Positions 39,147 to 52,619 of a stretch of DNA of 64,000 bases are shown in pieces (positions within the stretch are counted from its first letter, which is position 1; each line of letters begins with the position of its first letter). Source of the stretch: Octopus vulgaris (taxonomy: Eukaryota); NCBI GenBank assembly GCA_951406725.2, contig OX597835.1:26784001-26848000 (forward strand), given 5' to 3'. The notes beneath the pieces were generated by a model. The model made no database searches. It was not told the DNA's origin and was given only the letters and a program-made list of their open reading frames with translations. Both the position numbers and the translations under genes were made by a program.

Positions 39147-40278
39147 TGGCTGTGTGGTAAAAAGCTTGCTTCCCAATCATGTGGTCTTGGGTTCAGTCCC
39201 ACAGTGCTGCACTTTGGCTCTCTGCTATAGCCTTGGGCCGACCAAAGCTGAAAGAGGCCTCTATGTCTTAGTGTTTGTCCGCCACCACCACTGCTTGGCA
39301 ACCGGTACTGGTTTGTTTACGTCTTTTTTGCAACCGAGCGGTTCAGCTGAAGTGAGCGATATAATAAGTACGAGACTTTCAAAGTAAGAAAGAAAAAGGA
39401 TCCATTTGAATAAGCACGAGGGTCCAGTGTCCCAGCATGGCCGCAGTTCAATGACCGAAGTAAATAAAAGATAGAAGATACACACACACACACATGCACA
39501 TACACCACACACACATACACCACACACACATACACATACATATATACATGCATGCAAACAGACTTGCATACATCTATCCATCCATCCATCCATCCATACA
39601 TACATACATACATACATACATACATACATACATACATACAGTGGCCTCTTCTTGGTCGGTCGACTGGCTAGAAATAGAAGTAACAGGCAAATTTTCTCAA
39701 ATTACATCCAAACAGTCGTGAAATTAAAAAACATTATATATATATAGATACATATATATATAGGCGCAGGAGTGGTTGTGTGGTAAGTAGCTTGCTTACC
39801 AACCACATGGTTCCGGGTTCAGTCCCACTGCGTGTCTACTATAGCCAAGGGTGGCCAAAGCATTGCGAGTGGATTTGGTAGACAAAAACTGAAAGAAGCC
39901 CGTCGTATGTGTGTTTCTGTGTTTGTCCCCCCCACCACCACCACCGTCGCTTCACAGCCGATGCTGGTGTGTTTACGTCCCCGTAACACACGTTCGGCAA
40001 AAGAGACCGATAGGATAAGTACTAAGCCTTAAAAAATATATCCTGGGGTTGATTTGTTCGACTAAAGGCGGTGCTCAGGCATGGCCGCAGTCAAATGACT
40101 AAAACAAAGAAAAGAAGAAAAGAACATATATATATATATATATTTACGACGAGCTTCTTTCAGTTTCTGTCAACGAATCCACTCACAAGGCTTTGGTGGG
40201 TCCGAGGCTATTGTAGAAGACACTTGTCCAAGATTCCACGCAGTGGGACCGAAACCCGGAACCATGTGGTTGGGAAAC
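39147..40278. mobile_element. Cluster of SINE A copies: about 39147-39478 (+), 39763-40123 (+), 40148-40278 (- head)
   Basis: GGCGCAGGAGTGG.TGTGTGGTAAGTAGCTTGCTTACCAACCACATGGTTCCGGGTTCAGTCCCACTGCG and tail motifs. Confidence 0.85.
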
Positions 40279-40311
40279 ATAGATTATTCATTTTGCTAAA
40301 GGCCGAAGTAC

Positions 40312-40459
40312 CTGCACCAGGACAATACACAAGTCCACAACTTCTATCCTGGTAACCAACTACTTGACAAAGATGGGCATCAAAACTCTCACTTAACCTC
40401 CCTACAATCCGGACCTTACGCTCTGTCACTTTTGGTTGTTCCCCAGCCTGAAGGGGAAG
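40312..40459 (+). pseudogene. mariner transposase fragment (catalytic-domain C-terminal part)
   Basis: LHQDNTQVHN / ILVTNYLTKMGIKTLT*PPYNPDLTLCHFWLFPSLKG, matching mariner HQDNAPxH..HPPYSPDLAPCDFWLFPKLK; one frameshift and one stop. Confidence 0.8.
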
Positions 40460-41014
40460 ATGACTAGGGTCCTGGACGTGAAATTCTTTTCCCCACGAAA
40501 TTTCCAGACCCCAGTAATGAACTCATTTGCATACAGCCAATCAGAGCTCTACCTTGACCTTGTGAAGTAAACAAAAGTTGTTGCTAGTGACAGAAACCGC
40601 AGACCGTTGAAGCATTGTTCAACAAGTGTAGAAGGAAAGATGCCGTTCAGCTCTCAGATAATGCCTAGACGCAAAGCCCAATATAACATTCATGAATATG
40701 TTAAAAACAACCAATCTATTAGTAACAAACACTCTACTAAGTAAACTCAAAAGGAAGAACGGTGTCGGAAGTCGACCGATCGCCAAGTTATGCCGGATTA
40801 TAGAAGGAGACGAGTAATTAAAGAGACTTGAATTTATACCTATTTACGGGGTTTTGTTAGGGTCCAATATGGTAAAGATGTAGATGGGGAAAATGTTGGT
40901 AGATGGTGATGTGTTAGCAACCCTCTCCTTTGCTGTTTTACAAAGTAAACAACACAAAATACTGCGCAGAGTCAGCCATGGTTGAAGCAAGAACTCAGTT
41001 GTCGTAAATATACG

Positions 41015-41078
<64 letters not shown>

Positions 41079-41133
41079 ACGATAGATAGGTAGGTAAGTA
41101 GATAGATAGATAGTTAGATAGACAGACAGACAG

Positions 41134-41166
<33 letters not shown>

Positions 41167-41199
41167 TAGATAGATATATAGATAGATAAATAGACAGAC

Positions 41200-41272
<73 letters not shown>

Positions 41273-41961
41273 TGCATATATATTTGTGGTGGGCGGCGGA
41301 GTGTTTATTTATATATGCATCTATGTATGTATTTATATATATACGCATATACGAGGGAGGTCTCGAGAGGTATACAAAGGCTTTTTGTGAACTTTTTCGC
41401 TTGTTTCTTTTTACTTTCTCTTCTCCTTCTTTTTAACACAATCCTCTACATTTTCTGCAAATTTTACGCAACTTTGAAATAATTTTTTTGGTTCTTGTTT
41501 TTATATAATTAATCTGTGAACCTCCTAAGAGAGATGAAGGAATCTGGCGTAGTGGGACTCACGTTTCGTGTGAGAGACGAAATGCCAGTCCCAATGAGTG
41601 AAATTCCTCATTGTCCCCAAGGCACACCAACTTAACCAAAACTCATCAACTTCGCCCTATGGTTCTTAATTGACGTAGACCGCAAGCACCTCTACCAGCA
41701 ACAGCAGTAGGAGCGGCAGCAGCAGCAGCACCAGCCTGCAACCAGTTTCCCTCAAAACTGCTTCTGTATATGTATGCCTACACACATATGTGCATATGTA
41801 TGCATACGTGCACATATGTATATAAACACTCTACTTGCTTTGAGCAAATTATATTTTGTGAAGCCAGGCATTAAGTAACAGCAGAGAGAAATTGTAAACA
41901 AAAGACCGTCTCCTGATGAGGACAATGTGTAAAACTATTTTGGAGAGCAAAAATATTTCCT

Positions 41962-42540
41962 TATTTCTTTATTGCCCACAAGGGGCTAAACATAGAGGGG
42001 ACAAACAAAGAAAGACAAAGGGATTAAGTCGATTAACTGCAACTTAATTTATCGACCCCGAAAGGATGAAAGGCAAAGTCGGAATTTGAACTCAGAACGT
42101 AGTAACGGCAGACGAAATACCTATTTCTATTTCTTTACTACCCAAAAGGGGCTAAACACAGAGAGGACAAACAAAGTTAGACAAACGGATTAAGTCGATT
42201 ATATCAACCCCAGTGCGTAACTGGTACTTAATTTATCGACCCCGAAAGGATGAAAAGCGAAGTCAACCTCGGCGGAATTTGAACTCAGAACGTAACGGCA
42301 GGCGAAATACCTATTTCTATTTCTTTACTACCCAAAAGGGGCTAAACACAGAGAGGACAAACAAGGAAAGACAAAGGGATTAAGTCGATTACATCGACCC
42401 TAGTGCATAACTGGTACTTAATTTATCGACCCCGAAAGGATAAAAGGCAAAATCGACCTCGGCGGAATTTGAACTCAGAACGTAGCAGCAACGAAATACT
42501 GCTAAGCATTTCGCCCGGCGTGCTAACGTTTCGCCGCCTT
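41962..42540 (-). mobile_element. SINE family B tandem multimer (one head plus 3 core-tail units)
   Basis: Junction (G/A)CGAAATAC|CTATTTC at 42120 and 42310; head TTCGCCCGGCGTGCTAACG at the right end. Confidence 0.85.
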
Positions 42541-42678
42541 AAGCAAAAATATTTTCTGGTAAACATCTGTGCGCATGTGCACACTTGTGCGTGTGCGCAC
42601 GCGAGCGCGTGTGTGCCTATGCGGATATCTATATTTTTATACAGTCCTCTTTAAGCACACACAAACACACATAAAAGT

Positions 42679-42986
42679 AAAGATCCCACTTTGGTCGTGA
42701 ATGACCATGGGATTGCACCTAGAAAGTTAACCCCTGAAGTACAAGTCCGGGCAAGATTGTTTATGGAAGGCTAGCAGTCACCCATGCATACCAGCCTCCT
42801 CTCTCCACGCCACCGATATTATCCAAGGGAAAGGCAAAGGGGCCGATACAGCTTGGCATTAGTGACGTCACAACTCATTTCTTCAGCTGACTGAACTGGA
42901 GCAACGTGAAATAAAGTGTCTTGCTCAAGAACACAGCCTACAGCCGGGTCCAGGAATCGAACCCACTACCTCATGAGCCATGCGTC

Positions 42987-42989
<3 letters not shown>
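42679..42989 (-). mobile_element. SINE family D
   Basis: Same D tail and core as 33101-33423. Confidence 0.85.
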
Positions 42990-43027
<38 letters not shown>

Positions 43028-43432
43028 TGTGTGTGGGGAGAGTTTTATTTATTTTTCTTAAAATTTTCACTGCGTTTTGCAACCTTTTCAAGAATAATGC
43101 ACAGAATCAACACCTATTGAAAAAGTTGCAAGATGCAGCGAAAATTTTTGGAAAAATAAATAAGTTAAATGAGTGGAAATTTTACCGGTGAGTGTGTTAA
43201 ATAATAACGCACTAAAAGGGAATGACTCTACCCAGACACAACAAAATATGCTTCAACATACGAACTCACATCAAGAATCTTGCAAACCAAATCCAAAAAT
43301 GAAATATATATACGCTGCATCCCCTATGTCAGTGACACAAGAGTTGATATTGGAGCTTAACGCAACCTTCTGGCTCGTCAAAACCTGTCAAACCGTCCAA
43401 CACAAAGCAGCATAGAAGATGGACCATAAGTA

Positions 43433-43466
<34 letters not shown>

Positions 43467-43734
43467 TTTGATTAAGTCAAAATTACGGAAAAGAAATAAC
43501 GCAGAGAATTCTAATAGAATGTGTTTGAATAGCCATGACGAAAATGAGTATATTTATAATGTAACATTATTATCCCCGCTTCGAGCGAAGGTAGAACAAC
43601 AGCTTGGCGGCAGCTGAGACCAATGCCAAATGATAAGGGGTAACAGCCTCAAGAATAAAAAAAATCCTCTAAAATGGACGCGCCATTAAACGAAACAAAT
43701 AAAAATAGTCGCAGTTTCTTGAAGTAAGGGGATA

Positions 43735-43779
43735 GCTGTCGATATACGTTTCTGCCTCAACAAGCATCATCAGCACAGC
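43735..43779 (-). ncRNA. Decayed hammerhead motif
   Basis: Minus strand: GCTGTG-CTGATGA-TGCTT-gttg-AGGCA-GAAA-CGTATA-TC-GACAGC. Boxes and stem II intact; one mismatch at the base of stem I; stem III decayed. Confidence 0.55.
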
Positions 43780-44297
43780 AGTTGTCGAGCGTACTCTCCA
43801 GCAAAGAGCACACTTAGACAAATACAAAAACAAAAGAGAAATTTAGAATAAATTTATGGCGTAGGTAATTTACATATAAGAAAAGAAAATGAGCTTAAAG
43901 ATGCTACTGGCTACGCCAGGTTATTTCTCGAGATTCACTTTCATTTTATTTATGCAAATTAGTCCATAAACATGTTCTGCTCTTCCTTCAATAGGTCCAA
44001 GTATTATAAATTCTATAGAAACTGAAAAGATTGCAATAAATCAAAAATTTATATTGTGTGGTATTTTATGTCCGTATGTATGTGTGAACGTATATGTATA
44101 TTATATATGTGTGTGTATGTATATGTATATTATATATATATGTGTGTGTGTGTGCGTGTATGTATATATATACGCGCATGTGTGTGTGTGTGTGTACGTG
44201 CACACATACATATTCATTATATTGTTATTTAATACACAAAGAGGAAAGTCACTAAGTTTTTAAAATTACCTCTCACTTGAGGCAAACACAGTAGCAA

Positions 44298-44334
<37 letters not shown>

Positions 44335-44774
44335 TACACAGAGATATATACACACACACGCATATATATATATATATATAATATACACACACTCACACAT
44401 ATGTATACACACACGCACACATATGTATACACACACGCACAAAAATATGTACATAGAGCGAGAGAGGCGGTGAGAGAAAGATAATATACCAAAAAACAGA
44501 TGTGGTGTGCAAAGCTTTACAGGACATATGCGTGTTTCATCAAAATGCTGATATAATTACTTAACAAGTAGATACATAATGCAATCACGCATTTCGCCTC
44601 ATCAGTATCCTTCCGTAAATATAACAATCGATTTGAAGGTCGAAACACTCCTCCTCGTCATGCAAATGATCAAGCGTCGCAGACTGCACAAATAGAAGAC
44701 AAAGCATCGCATCAACGAAGTCAGAACATCGCCACAGCTCAATCAAAACGAACAAGTGAAAGTGAAAGAGGGAG

Positions 44775-44849
<75 letters not shown>

Positions 44850-45026
44850 CATAGGAGCAAATGACTCATTAAGGCCAAGCGGCTGAGAGGTTATTAGGCC
44901 AGGCTATAAATTAGCTTGAAATGTAGCGGTAACTGCGCCTGCCAAATATGAAAAATTACTGAAGAATATGGCGAAAACTCAGTCATTAAAATAATATCAA
45001 GTGTCATTTATCATAACGTTTAAAAA

Positions 45027-45630
45027 GGTGGCGAGCTGGCAGAATCGTTAGCACACCGGAAGAAACGCTTTGCGGTACTTAGTCTGTCTTCAAGTTCAGG
45101 GTTCAAATTCCACGGAGGTCGACTTTGACTTTGATCCTTTCGGGGTCGATAAATTAAGTACCAGTGAAACCTCCAAAATGTCGGGCCTTGTGCCTTTAGT
45201 AAAAAGAATTATTATTACGTTTAATAAGTAAAAGATGGAGTTTTAGTCAGGGTAGGCTCCACTTACATTGCTTACTGAAATGTGTTCATATTACCTAGTT
45301 GCATATATACATGTGGGGGCACAATGGTCCTGCGGTTAGGGTAGCGATCTCGCGGTTTCGATTCCCAAACCGAGTGTTGTGAGTGTTTATTGAGCGAAAA
45401 CACCCAAAGTTCCACGAGGCTCCGGCAGTGGGTGGTGGCGAACCCTGCAGTACTCTTTCACCCCAACTTTCTCAAATTCCTCCTTTCTGTTTCTGTTGTA
45501 CTTGTCACACTCTGTGTCACGCTGAATCTCCCAGAGAACTACGTTAAGGGTACACGTGCCTGTGGAATGCTCAGCAAGTTGCACGTTAATTTCACGAGCT
45601 GGGACCCTCATCGTCGTAACCTACGGAGTT
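45027..45630 (+). mobile_element. SINE B (about 45027-45217) followed by a decayed SINE C (about 45313-45630)
   Basis: GGCGAGCTGGCAGAATCGTTAGC..GAGGTCGACTTTG..CCTTTCGGGGTCGATAAATTAAGTACC; GGTTTCGATTCCC..TATTGAGCGAAAACACC. Confidence 0.8.
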
Positions 45631-45648
45631 CTGATATAAATATATATA

Positions 45649-45957
45649 TATAACCAAAATAAGCAACAAGGATATCCGGAGGTAATACAGTACGATCGTT
45701 TCATGCGACTCCATTTAATTGAACAATGCAAACATTACATCAATTTAAAATGTAGAGCAATCTTCAGTTGCACAAAAAAACATAGAATTTAATTAAATTT
45801 GAAGGACACATTAGTATAATTTTATCCAAAATCTCCAAGAGGATAAGGAGATAGATAAAGAACATGTTTTACCAACAACTTCATAGTTGTAACAACACAG
45901 TCGTAAACGATCGTACTGCATTACCTCTGGATATCCTTGTTGCTTATTTTGGTTATA
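45649..45957. mobile_element. Element with 53-bp inverted repeats (51/53) next to (TA)n; arms end in an HHR 3'-half-like motif
   Basis: TATAACCAAAATAAGCAACAAGGATATCC.GAGGTAAT.CAGTACGATCGTTT (45649-45701) versus reverse complement of 45905-45957. Confidence 0.7.
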
Positions 45958-46249
45958 ATCACCTTATTTTAAATTGTATGGATAATACCATGCTAAATTC
46001 TGGTGCCATATTCATCTGAATATATATGTATAACAGGTCTATGCAAATATGAATATTTATTCATATATTGATCCATAGATAGGTTCGAAGATACATATAT
46101 ACATTCATTCGTACACGCATACGTACGTATACATGTCATACATAGATATAAAGGTGCATGCTTAGATACATATATAATATAGTTTTACGTCTTTATGTGC
46201 ATACATTTTGTATATACATACATGCATACATTCATATGTACACACACGC

Positions 46250-46302
<53 letters not shown>

Positions 46303-46824
46303 CCGCATGCCAGCATTCATACACATACATACACATATACACATACATACACAAACATATATGCATACACACTCACACACAAATACACATACACACACAC
46401 ACTGTTTTACGCGGTAAACATCAAAAGCAATCTGCAGGAAAGAATGCATAATGTCATGGTGGATGTTTAGTGAGGGTGGTCACTGTATGGAGAGGAGGGA
46501 AAGAGATGACTGATGCCATGAATGTAGTAGCCGGTGGTGGTAGTGGTGGAGATGATGGTGGTGGTGGATGGTGGATGGTGGTGGTGGTTGAGCTGGTTGA
46601 CGGTTGGGCCAACTCCAGAGAAGATAAAAGCTACATCGGAATAAACGACTGAGAAAAGCTTGAGTTACTGGAAGGAAATGAAGAGATGAAACGATGCGAT
46701 AGTTCAGTCTTTCCAATACACCGAAATAACACACATACATACATACATATACATACACACACTCATACAGGCATATAAATACACACACACACACACACAT
46801 TATATATATATATACATACATTAA

Positions 46825-47036
46825 GGCAGCGAGCTGGCAGAAATGTCAGCACGCTGGGCGAAATGCTTATTGGTATTTCGTCTGTCTCTGTGTTCTGAGT
46901 TCAAATTCCGCCGAGGTCGACTTTGCCTTTCATCCTTTCGGGGTCGATAAATTAAGTACCAGATACGCACTGGTGTCGATGTAATCGACTTAATCCCTTT
47001 GTCTGTCCTCTCTATGTTCAGCCCCTTGTGAGCAGT

Positions 47037-47040
<4 letters not shown>
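46825..47040 (+). mobile_element. SINE family B monomer
   Basis: Head, B box GAGTTCAAATTCC, core GCCTTTCATCCTTTCGGGGTCGATAAATTAAGTACCAG, tail AGCCCCTTGTG. Confidence 0.9.
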
Positions 47041-47077
<37 letters not shown>

Positions 47078-47138
47078 GCCATGATAGATCGTTAGCTCCT
47101 ACACGCATTTTTTTCTCTCCTTGTATTTTTTCTGTGTA

Positions 47139-47176
47139 TCTTTCTGTCGAAGTGCGTAGGCTCGAAACATAAAAGA
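47139..47176 (+). ncRNA. Hammerhead-like motif, CUGUCGA variant
   Basis: TCTTT-CTGTCGA-A-GTGC-gtag-GCTC-GAAA-CA-TA-AAAGA, in a (TA)n-flanked element at 47078-47236. Confidence 0.55.
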
Positions 47177-47233
47177 CTTGTTCTATTTCTATTCCTGAGC
47201 GCCATACTAATACATTTGTTTGTTTGTACTCCA

Positions 47234-47275
<42 letters not shown>

Positions 47276-47419
47276 TAATAAATACCTTCCCGTTATATAT
47301 ATATACATATACATACATATATTCATACATGCATACATACACGCACACATATATGCATATATATTTATACATATAACAATGTATGTAGGCGTGTGTGTGT
47401 GTGTGTGAAGTTGTATGTA

Positions 47420-47655
47420 CAGGGTGGCACAAAAGTAGGTTTGCGGTTATCACGTAGGCACTTTAAATTTCTTTTAAAACATTTTATTACATTTAAATTT
47501 CTATCTTACAAACTGAAGAGGGAGCTTGACAAAATTAAACTAAATTAGCATAGAATAATGGTTTCATATTTTTTCATAATTAAAATCTAAATCGTTAATA
47601 TACGGATGCGAAAGAGATAGTTGAATAACTGTTAACCTACTTTTGGGCCACTCTG
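47420..47655. mobile_element. Tc1/mariner-type MITE
   Basis: TIRs CAGGGTGGCACAAAAGTAGGTT and (reverse complement) CAGAGTGGCCCAAAAGTAGGTT; TA on both sides. Confidence 0.85.
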
Positions 47656-47748
47656 TATATATCTTTTCTTTTACTTGTTTCAGTCATTAGCCTGTGGCCA
47701 TGCTGGGGCACCGCCAATAAATAATACACCATGCTTCTAACAATGTGT

Positions 47749-47896
47749 GTTAAGTTAAGTTAAGTTAATTTTTTGGCTCAAAAAGCAAAAAGCAAGGCCA
47801 TGTAGGGGGACATGGAGTTATGTACAGGGAGGGTGTTCATGCAAAGAGTTCAGGCCATTTCTGGTCAAGAGAGACTTTGAACCGAGCGGTCGTCGG
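47749..47896 (-). mobile_element. CR1-group LINE extreme 3' fragment
   Basis: Identical by eye to 29012-29154 apart from one extra tail unit; inserted in (TG)n. Confidence 0.9.
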
Positions 47897-47931
47897 TGTG
47901 TGTGTGTGTGTGTGTGTGTTTGTGTGTATGG

Positions 47932-48620
47932 CATCATCATCATCATCATCCTTATCACGCGGTCGTACTTATTGTTTGGATCAGCATAACTCGTTCTCTT
48001 CAGTCTGTTCGATCTGCCATTGCCCCCCATAAGGTTTTCTCGGGTGCACTCGGAATCCTTGCTCAGTTGCCTTATGTAGGTTCGATGTGGTCTACCAGGA
48101 TTTTGCAAACCCATGCTTCGGTTCCCAGAGAAGAACGTTACAGGTGATTTCATCTTCTGCTCTTCAGCAATGCCCAGCTAATCTTATTCCTCTTTCTCTG
48201 ATGACGTGCGATATTGGTGGTAAATTACTATAGGGAAATTCTCTCCTAGGTTCTCCAGGAGATGTCCACAGCAACTCGAAATATTCTTGTATAAGTTCCG
48301 TCAATTTTTCTCTTCAAAACGCTTAGAGTCCATATTATACATCCATTATAACTGAATTGGCTGCACAACCGCCCGAAAGAAATTGTGTTTCAAATTTAAT
48401 GGAAGCTTAGATTTCCAGACGGGTAATAATATATTTAAAGCTTCCACGTTTTGCCGATTCCGACATGAACTGATCTTCCTTGGCGGTTTTACTTCCACGG
48501 TATGTGAATTCGTCAACATTTTTCAAAGATTTTTCCAGATGTGGAGTTAATGTTGTCGCTCTGGTTGTACATAAAATATTCTCTCTTGTCGGATTTCACG
48601 AAGAATGTAACATATTTAGC
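47932..48620 (-). pseudogene. Old RTE/RTEX-type LINE ORF2 3' remnant with (GAT)n tail
   Basis: Minus-strand fragments KNVDEFTYRGS, VWKSKLPLNLKHNFFRAVVQP, KIDGTYTRIFRVAVDISW and GRPHRTYIRQLSKD; frameshifted. Confidence 0.75.
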
Positions 48621-48726
48621 AGCACTTTTAGCAAACTCCATCTGCTAGTAGCAGATATCACTGTGATACGCATGATATATGTATATATCTATCCATCTAT
48701 CTATCTAAATATCTATCTATCTACCT

Positions 48727-48787
<61 letters not shown>

Positions 48788-48791
48788 TATA

Positions 48792-49128
48792 CTCTTTTAC
48801 TTGTTTCAGTCATTTGACTGCGGTCATGCTGGAGCACCGCCTTTAGTCGAGCAAATCGACCCCAGTACTTATTCTATCGGTCTCTTTTGCTGAACCGCTA
48901 AGTAACGGGACATAAACACACCAGCATCGGTTGTCAAACACAGACACACAAACACACGCACGCATATATATATATATATACGACGGGCTTCTTTCAGTTT
49001 TCGTCTACCAAATCCACCGGCCCGAGTCTATAGTAGAAGACACTTGCCCAAGGTGCCACGCAGTGGGACTGAACCCGGAACCATGTGGTTGGTAAACAAG
49101 CTACTTACCACACAGCCACTCCTGCGCC
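48792..49128 (-). mobile_element. SINE family A
   Basis: Tail CTCTTTTACTTGTTTCAGTC through head CACACAGCCACTCCTGCGCC. Confidence 0.9.
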
Positions 49129-50434
49129 TATATGTATACAGTATATATATATATATATATATATATAGATACATAGATAGATAGATAGATATAGATATAA
49201 ATATGCACAATAAAATACATATGCATAATTAAATGTAATATTTACATATATGTGTATACACACACACACACATATGTATATATATATATACATATGTGCT
49301 TGTATATATATATATACATTTTCTTTCTCTCTCTCTCTCTCCCTTTATATATATATATATATATATATATATTTTACATGCATGCATATTGCACACGCAC
49401 GTAAAACAATAATTTGGCCGGAGATTTCAAGTTCACCCATGTGCATTCACACGCACGCACACACACGCGCGCGCGCGCACACACACATACACGCACACAA
49501 ACTAACAAACAAACACGCATATATCTGCATGTAAATACATACACACGCTATTACTCTAATGACCATCGACTCACTCTCCTTGCGATCGTTTCTTGCCTCT
49601 TAAACAGATTTTGGGTTTTTTTATCGTAAAGTGTGTCTGAACATAACTCCCCGCCCCCACTCTCTCTCTCTCTCTCTCTGCAACCTTGCAACACGAAATC
49701 TAGTGGTTGGGAAGCAAGATTCTTAACCACACAGAAACGCATTCAATGTCATCAATATCACGTCTTGATCAATATCGACCACCAACTGCATCGGTGAATG
49801 CCCTCGACGTAACCGCCTTATCAATACCAGATCAGAAATTTGGTGGTGTATGTATGCAAGTCACTATTCAGTTTATTTAAAGATTTCTTGCCAATAAAGA
49901 GCCGGTTTCTAACCTAGCTTCAAGGCTCCTTCATTGGAATTTCAACATTTTATCGATCACTTTTTGCTGAACTGCTAAGTTACAGGGACGTGAACACACC
50001 AACACTGGTTGTCAAGCGATTATATATATGTATATATATATATATATATTTGTATATATGTATATATATATATATATATTTGTATATATGTATATATATA
50101 TATATATATTTAGAAGACGATACAAAAAAGACGGACGGGACATTCGAAGCCTTCAATCTTCATACGACGGGTTTCTTTCAGTTTCCGTCTACCAAATGCA
50201 CTCATGAGACTTTAGTCAGCCAGAGGCTTTAATAAAAGACACCTGGCCAAGGTACCACGCAATGGGACTGAACCCGAAACCATGTGACTGGGAAGCAATA
50301 TTCTTACCCCATAGCCACGTCTGCTTGGTTTTATGTCGAGATATTACGTTAAACATGTCGTAAACTACTCTACTTTTATCAGAAGTTCCAGAGCTCTTTC
50401 GTCAATAGAATCTCCAAATTTCCCTTCTGGTCTC

Positions 50435-50796
50435 TCTTTACTCTTTACTCTTTTACTTGTTTCAGTCATTTGACTGCGGCCATGCTGGAGCACCGCCTTT
50501 AATCGAGCAACTCGACCCCGGGACTTATTCTTTGTAAGCCCAGTACTTATTCTATCGGTCTCTTTTGCCGAACCGCTAAGTAACGGGGATGTAAACACAC
50601 CAGCACACATACATATATATATATATATATATTCGACAGGCTTCTTTCAGTTTCCGTCTACCAAATCCACTCACAAGGCACTGGTCGGCCCGGGGCTATA
50701 GTAGAAGACACTTGCCCAAGATGCCACGCAGTGGGACTGAACCCGGAACCATGTGGTTGGTAAACAAGCTACTTACCACACAGCCACTCCTGCGCC
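50435..50796 (-). mobile_element. SINE family A, near full-length (another decayed copy at about 49950-50320)
   Basis: Complete head and tail motifs. Confidence 0.9.
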
Positions 50797-51086
50797 TGTC
50801 TATTTATACATAAGCATCAATAAAAATTCAAAATCTTAGATTTAGTTCGCAAAATCTTAGATTTAGTACGAAATGGAGCATTTGTGTGATGTTTACACAC
50901 CTAGGAATACCGATATAGTGCGACGGCTCAACCGTTCCATTTCGTTTCGTTTAGCTTCGCATCGTTTCCAATTTTATGATAACCAGCGTGTTTAAGAAAG
51001 CAAAAGTATTTTTCGCATATCGTCTTTCCCTTTCACTCGACTACCGTTTAAGGTTGGAAACCTACAGCTTATATTTCTGTCTATAT

Positions 51087-51143
<57 letters not shown>

Positions 51144-51407
51144 TCGTTTGAATTCATCTTATGTTTCTCGTGATATTAGTTTAGGTTTTTACGATGTCCG
51201 CAAGTGGTTACATCATACACACACACACACACACACACATATATACATGTATGTATATTATGCAAAGATAAGCGCATGAATGGAATTTCAAACTCTAGAC
51301 AAATATTTTAGAATATATGTAATTTTATTTATAAATATATCCCTGCGGTTGTTCTTAATTCGACTCATCTGCCCGTCTGCACATTAATACGGGTGGGTGT
51401 ATATTGC

Positions 51408-51449
<42 letters not shown>

Positions 51450-51502
51450 TGTGGAACCATTACTCCCGACACGTTATTTTCTCTCCATTTTTCCTCTCCT
51501 CC

Positions 51503-51538
51503 TTTTCTGTCGAAGTGCGTAGGCTCGAAACGTCGAAG
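51503..51538 (+). ncRNA. Hammerhead-like motif, CUGUCGA variant
   Basis: TTTT-CTGTCGA-A-GTGC-gtag-GCTC-GAAA-CG-TC-GAAG, in an element at about 51452-51626 flanked by (TG)n. Confidence 0.55.
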
Positions 51539-51649
51539 ACAATCATTTCCCCCAAGCGTCAAAGTAATACACCTGCTTGTTGTGCCCTCACTTGTCTCCG
51601 TCTTTTGTTTTCTGTACACTTAAATCATGTGTGTGTGTGTGTGTGTGTG

Positions 51650-52110
51650 GTTCTGGAACAGGATAACGAAAACAGAAAAACCCTACAATCGAAGTTGATC
51701 GTATCGAGATTGATGCGTCAAAAGAAGATTGGTCGAACTTAAAAATTAAAATAGCCACTAAGTTGAAACACAACCGGCCAGATTTCGTTGTGTGGGACCT
51801 CAAAGAAATGATATCTTGTATAGCAGAAATCAACTGCTTCCAGGACAAGAACGTGGTTAGAAAAATACAAGGGAAAGAGGATATTTATGGATCATTGATA
51901 AGGAGTTTGCAAATCCAGTACCCAAAATATTTCCATTTTCATATCTGCTATTATTGGAGCAACGGGATACATACCAACCCGCCTGGAGTATGTGTGGTTG
52001 ATCTTAGGATCTTGGGGAGAGAACGCAAATCCTTAATTCTCACGCGATAAATGATAACGATATCTGGATTATAAAAAGCTGCAAGACCTTGTTAAGATTT
52101 AGAGGATGGT
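51650..52110 (+). pseudogene. Non-LTR retrotransposon restriction-like endonuclease (RLE) remnant, R4/Dong/NeSL-like
   Basis: KHNRPDFVVWDLKEMISCIAEINCFQDKNVVRKIQGKEDIYGSL, then (frameshift) IIGATGYIP: the RPD..E..K..Y and IIGxxG motifs of RLE domains. Confidence 0.75.
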
Positions 52111-52553
52111 TGAAAGAAGATACTTTCCTTCACAACCTTGCTACCAAGGAGGTGGCTGGGGGTTGATAAAGTAAAATTACCAGTAAAGTACTGAGCTCAA
52201 TGGTATTGATTTATCATCTACTCTCTCAAAATTGCTGGCCTTGTGCCAAAATTTGAAACCATTATGGTTAAACGAGTGAGTAGCATATGCCATCAAAATA
52301 TACGAATATTTGCTGAAACTCATCATTTATACCAAAGCAAAACAATGTACCTGATAACACTTGCAATCAATTAAGATCAGAAGCCATGAGAACCAAACAC
52401 TACCTGGTGATGCATCAAGGCAGTATTATTATTATTGTTGTTGTTGTTTTTGTTTTTGTTATTGTTATTGTTATTGTTGTTGTTGTTGTTGTTATTATTG
52501 TTATTGTTATTATTATTATTATTATTATTATATCATTATTATTATTATTATTA

Positions 52554-52615
<62 letters not shown>

Positions 52616-52619
52616 CAAA

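Noticed and set aside
41913-41935. CTGATGAGGAC.. hammerhead-like start
   Set aside because: No GAAA box or closing stems.
44592-44605. Minus-strand CTGATGA-GGC-GAAA
   Set aside because: No stem II, and no convincing stem I or III pairing.
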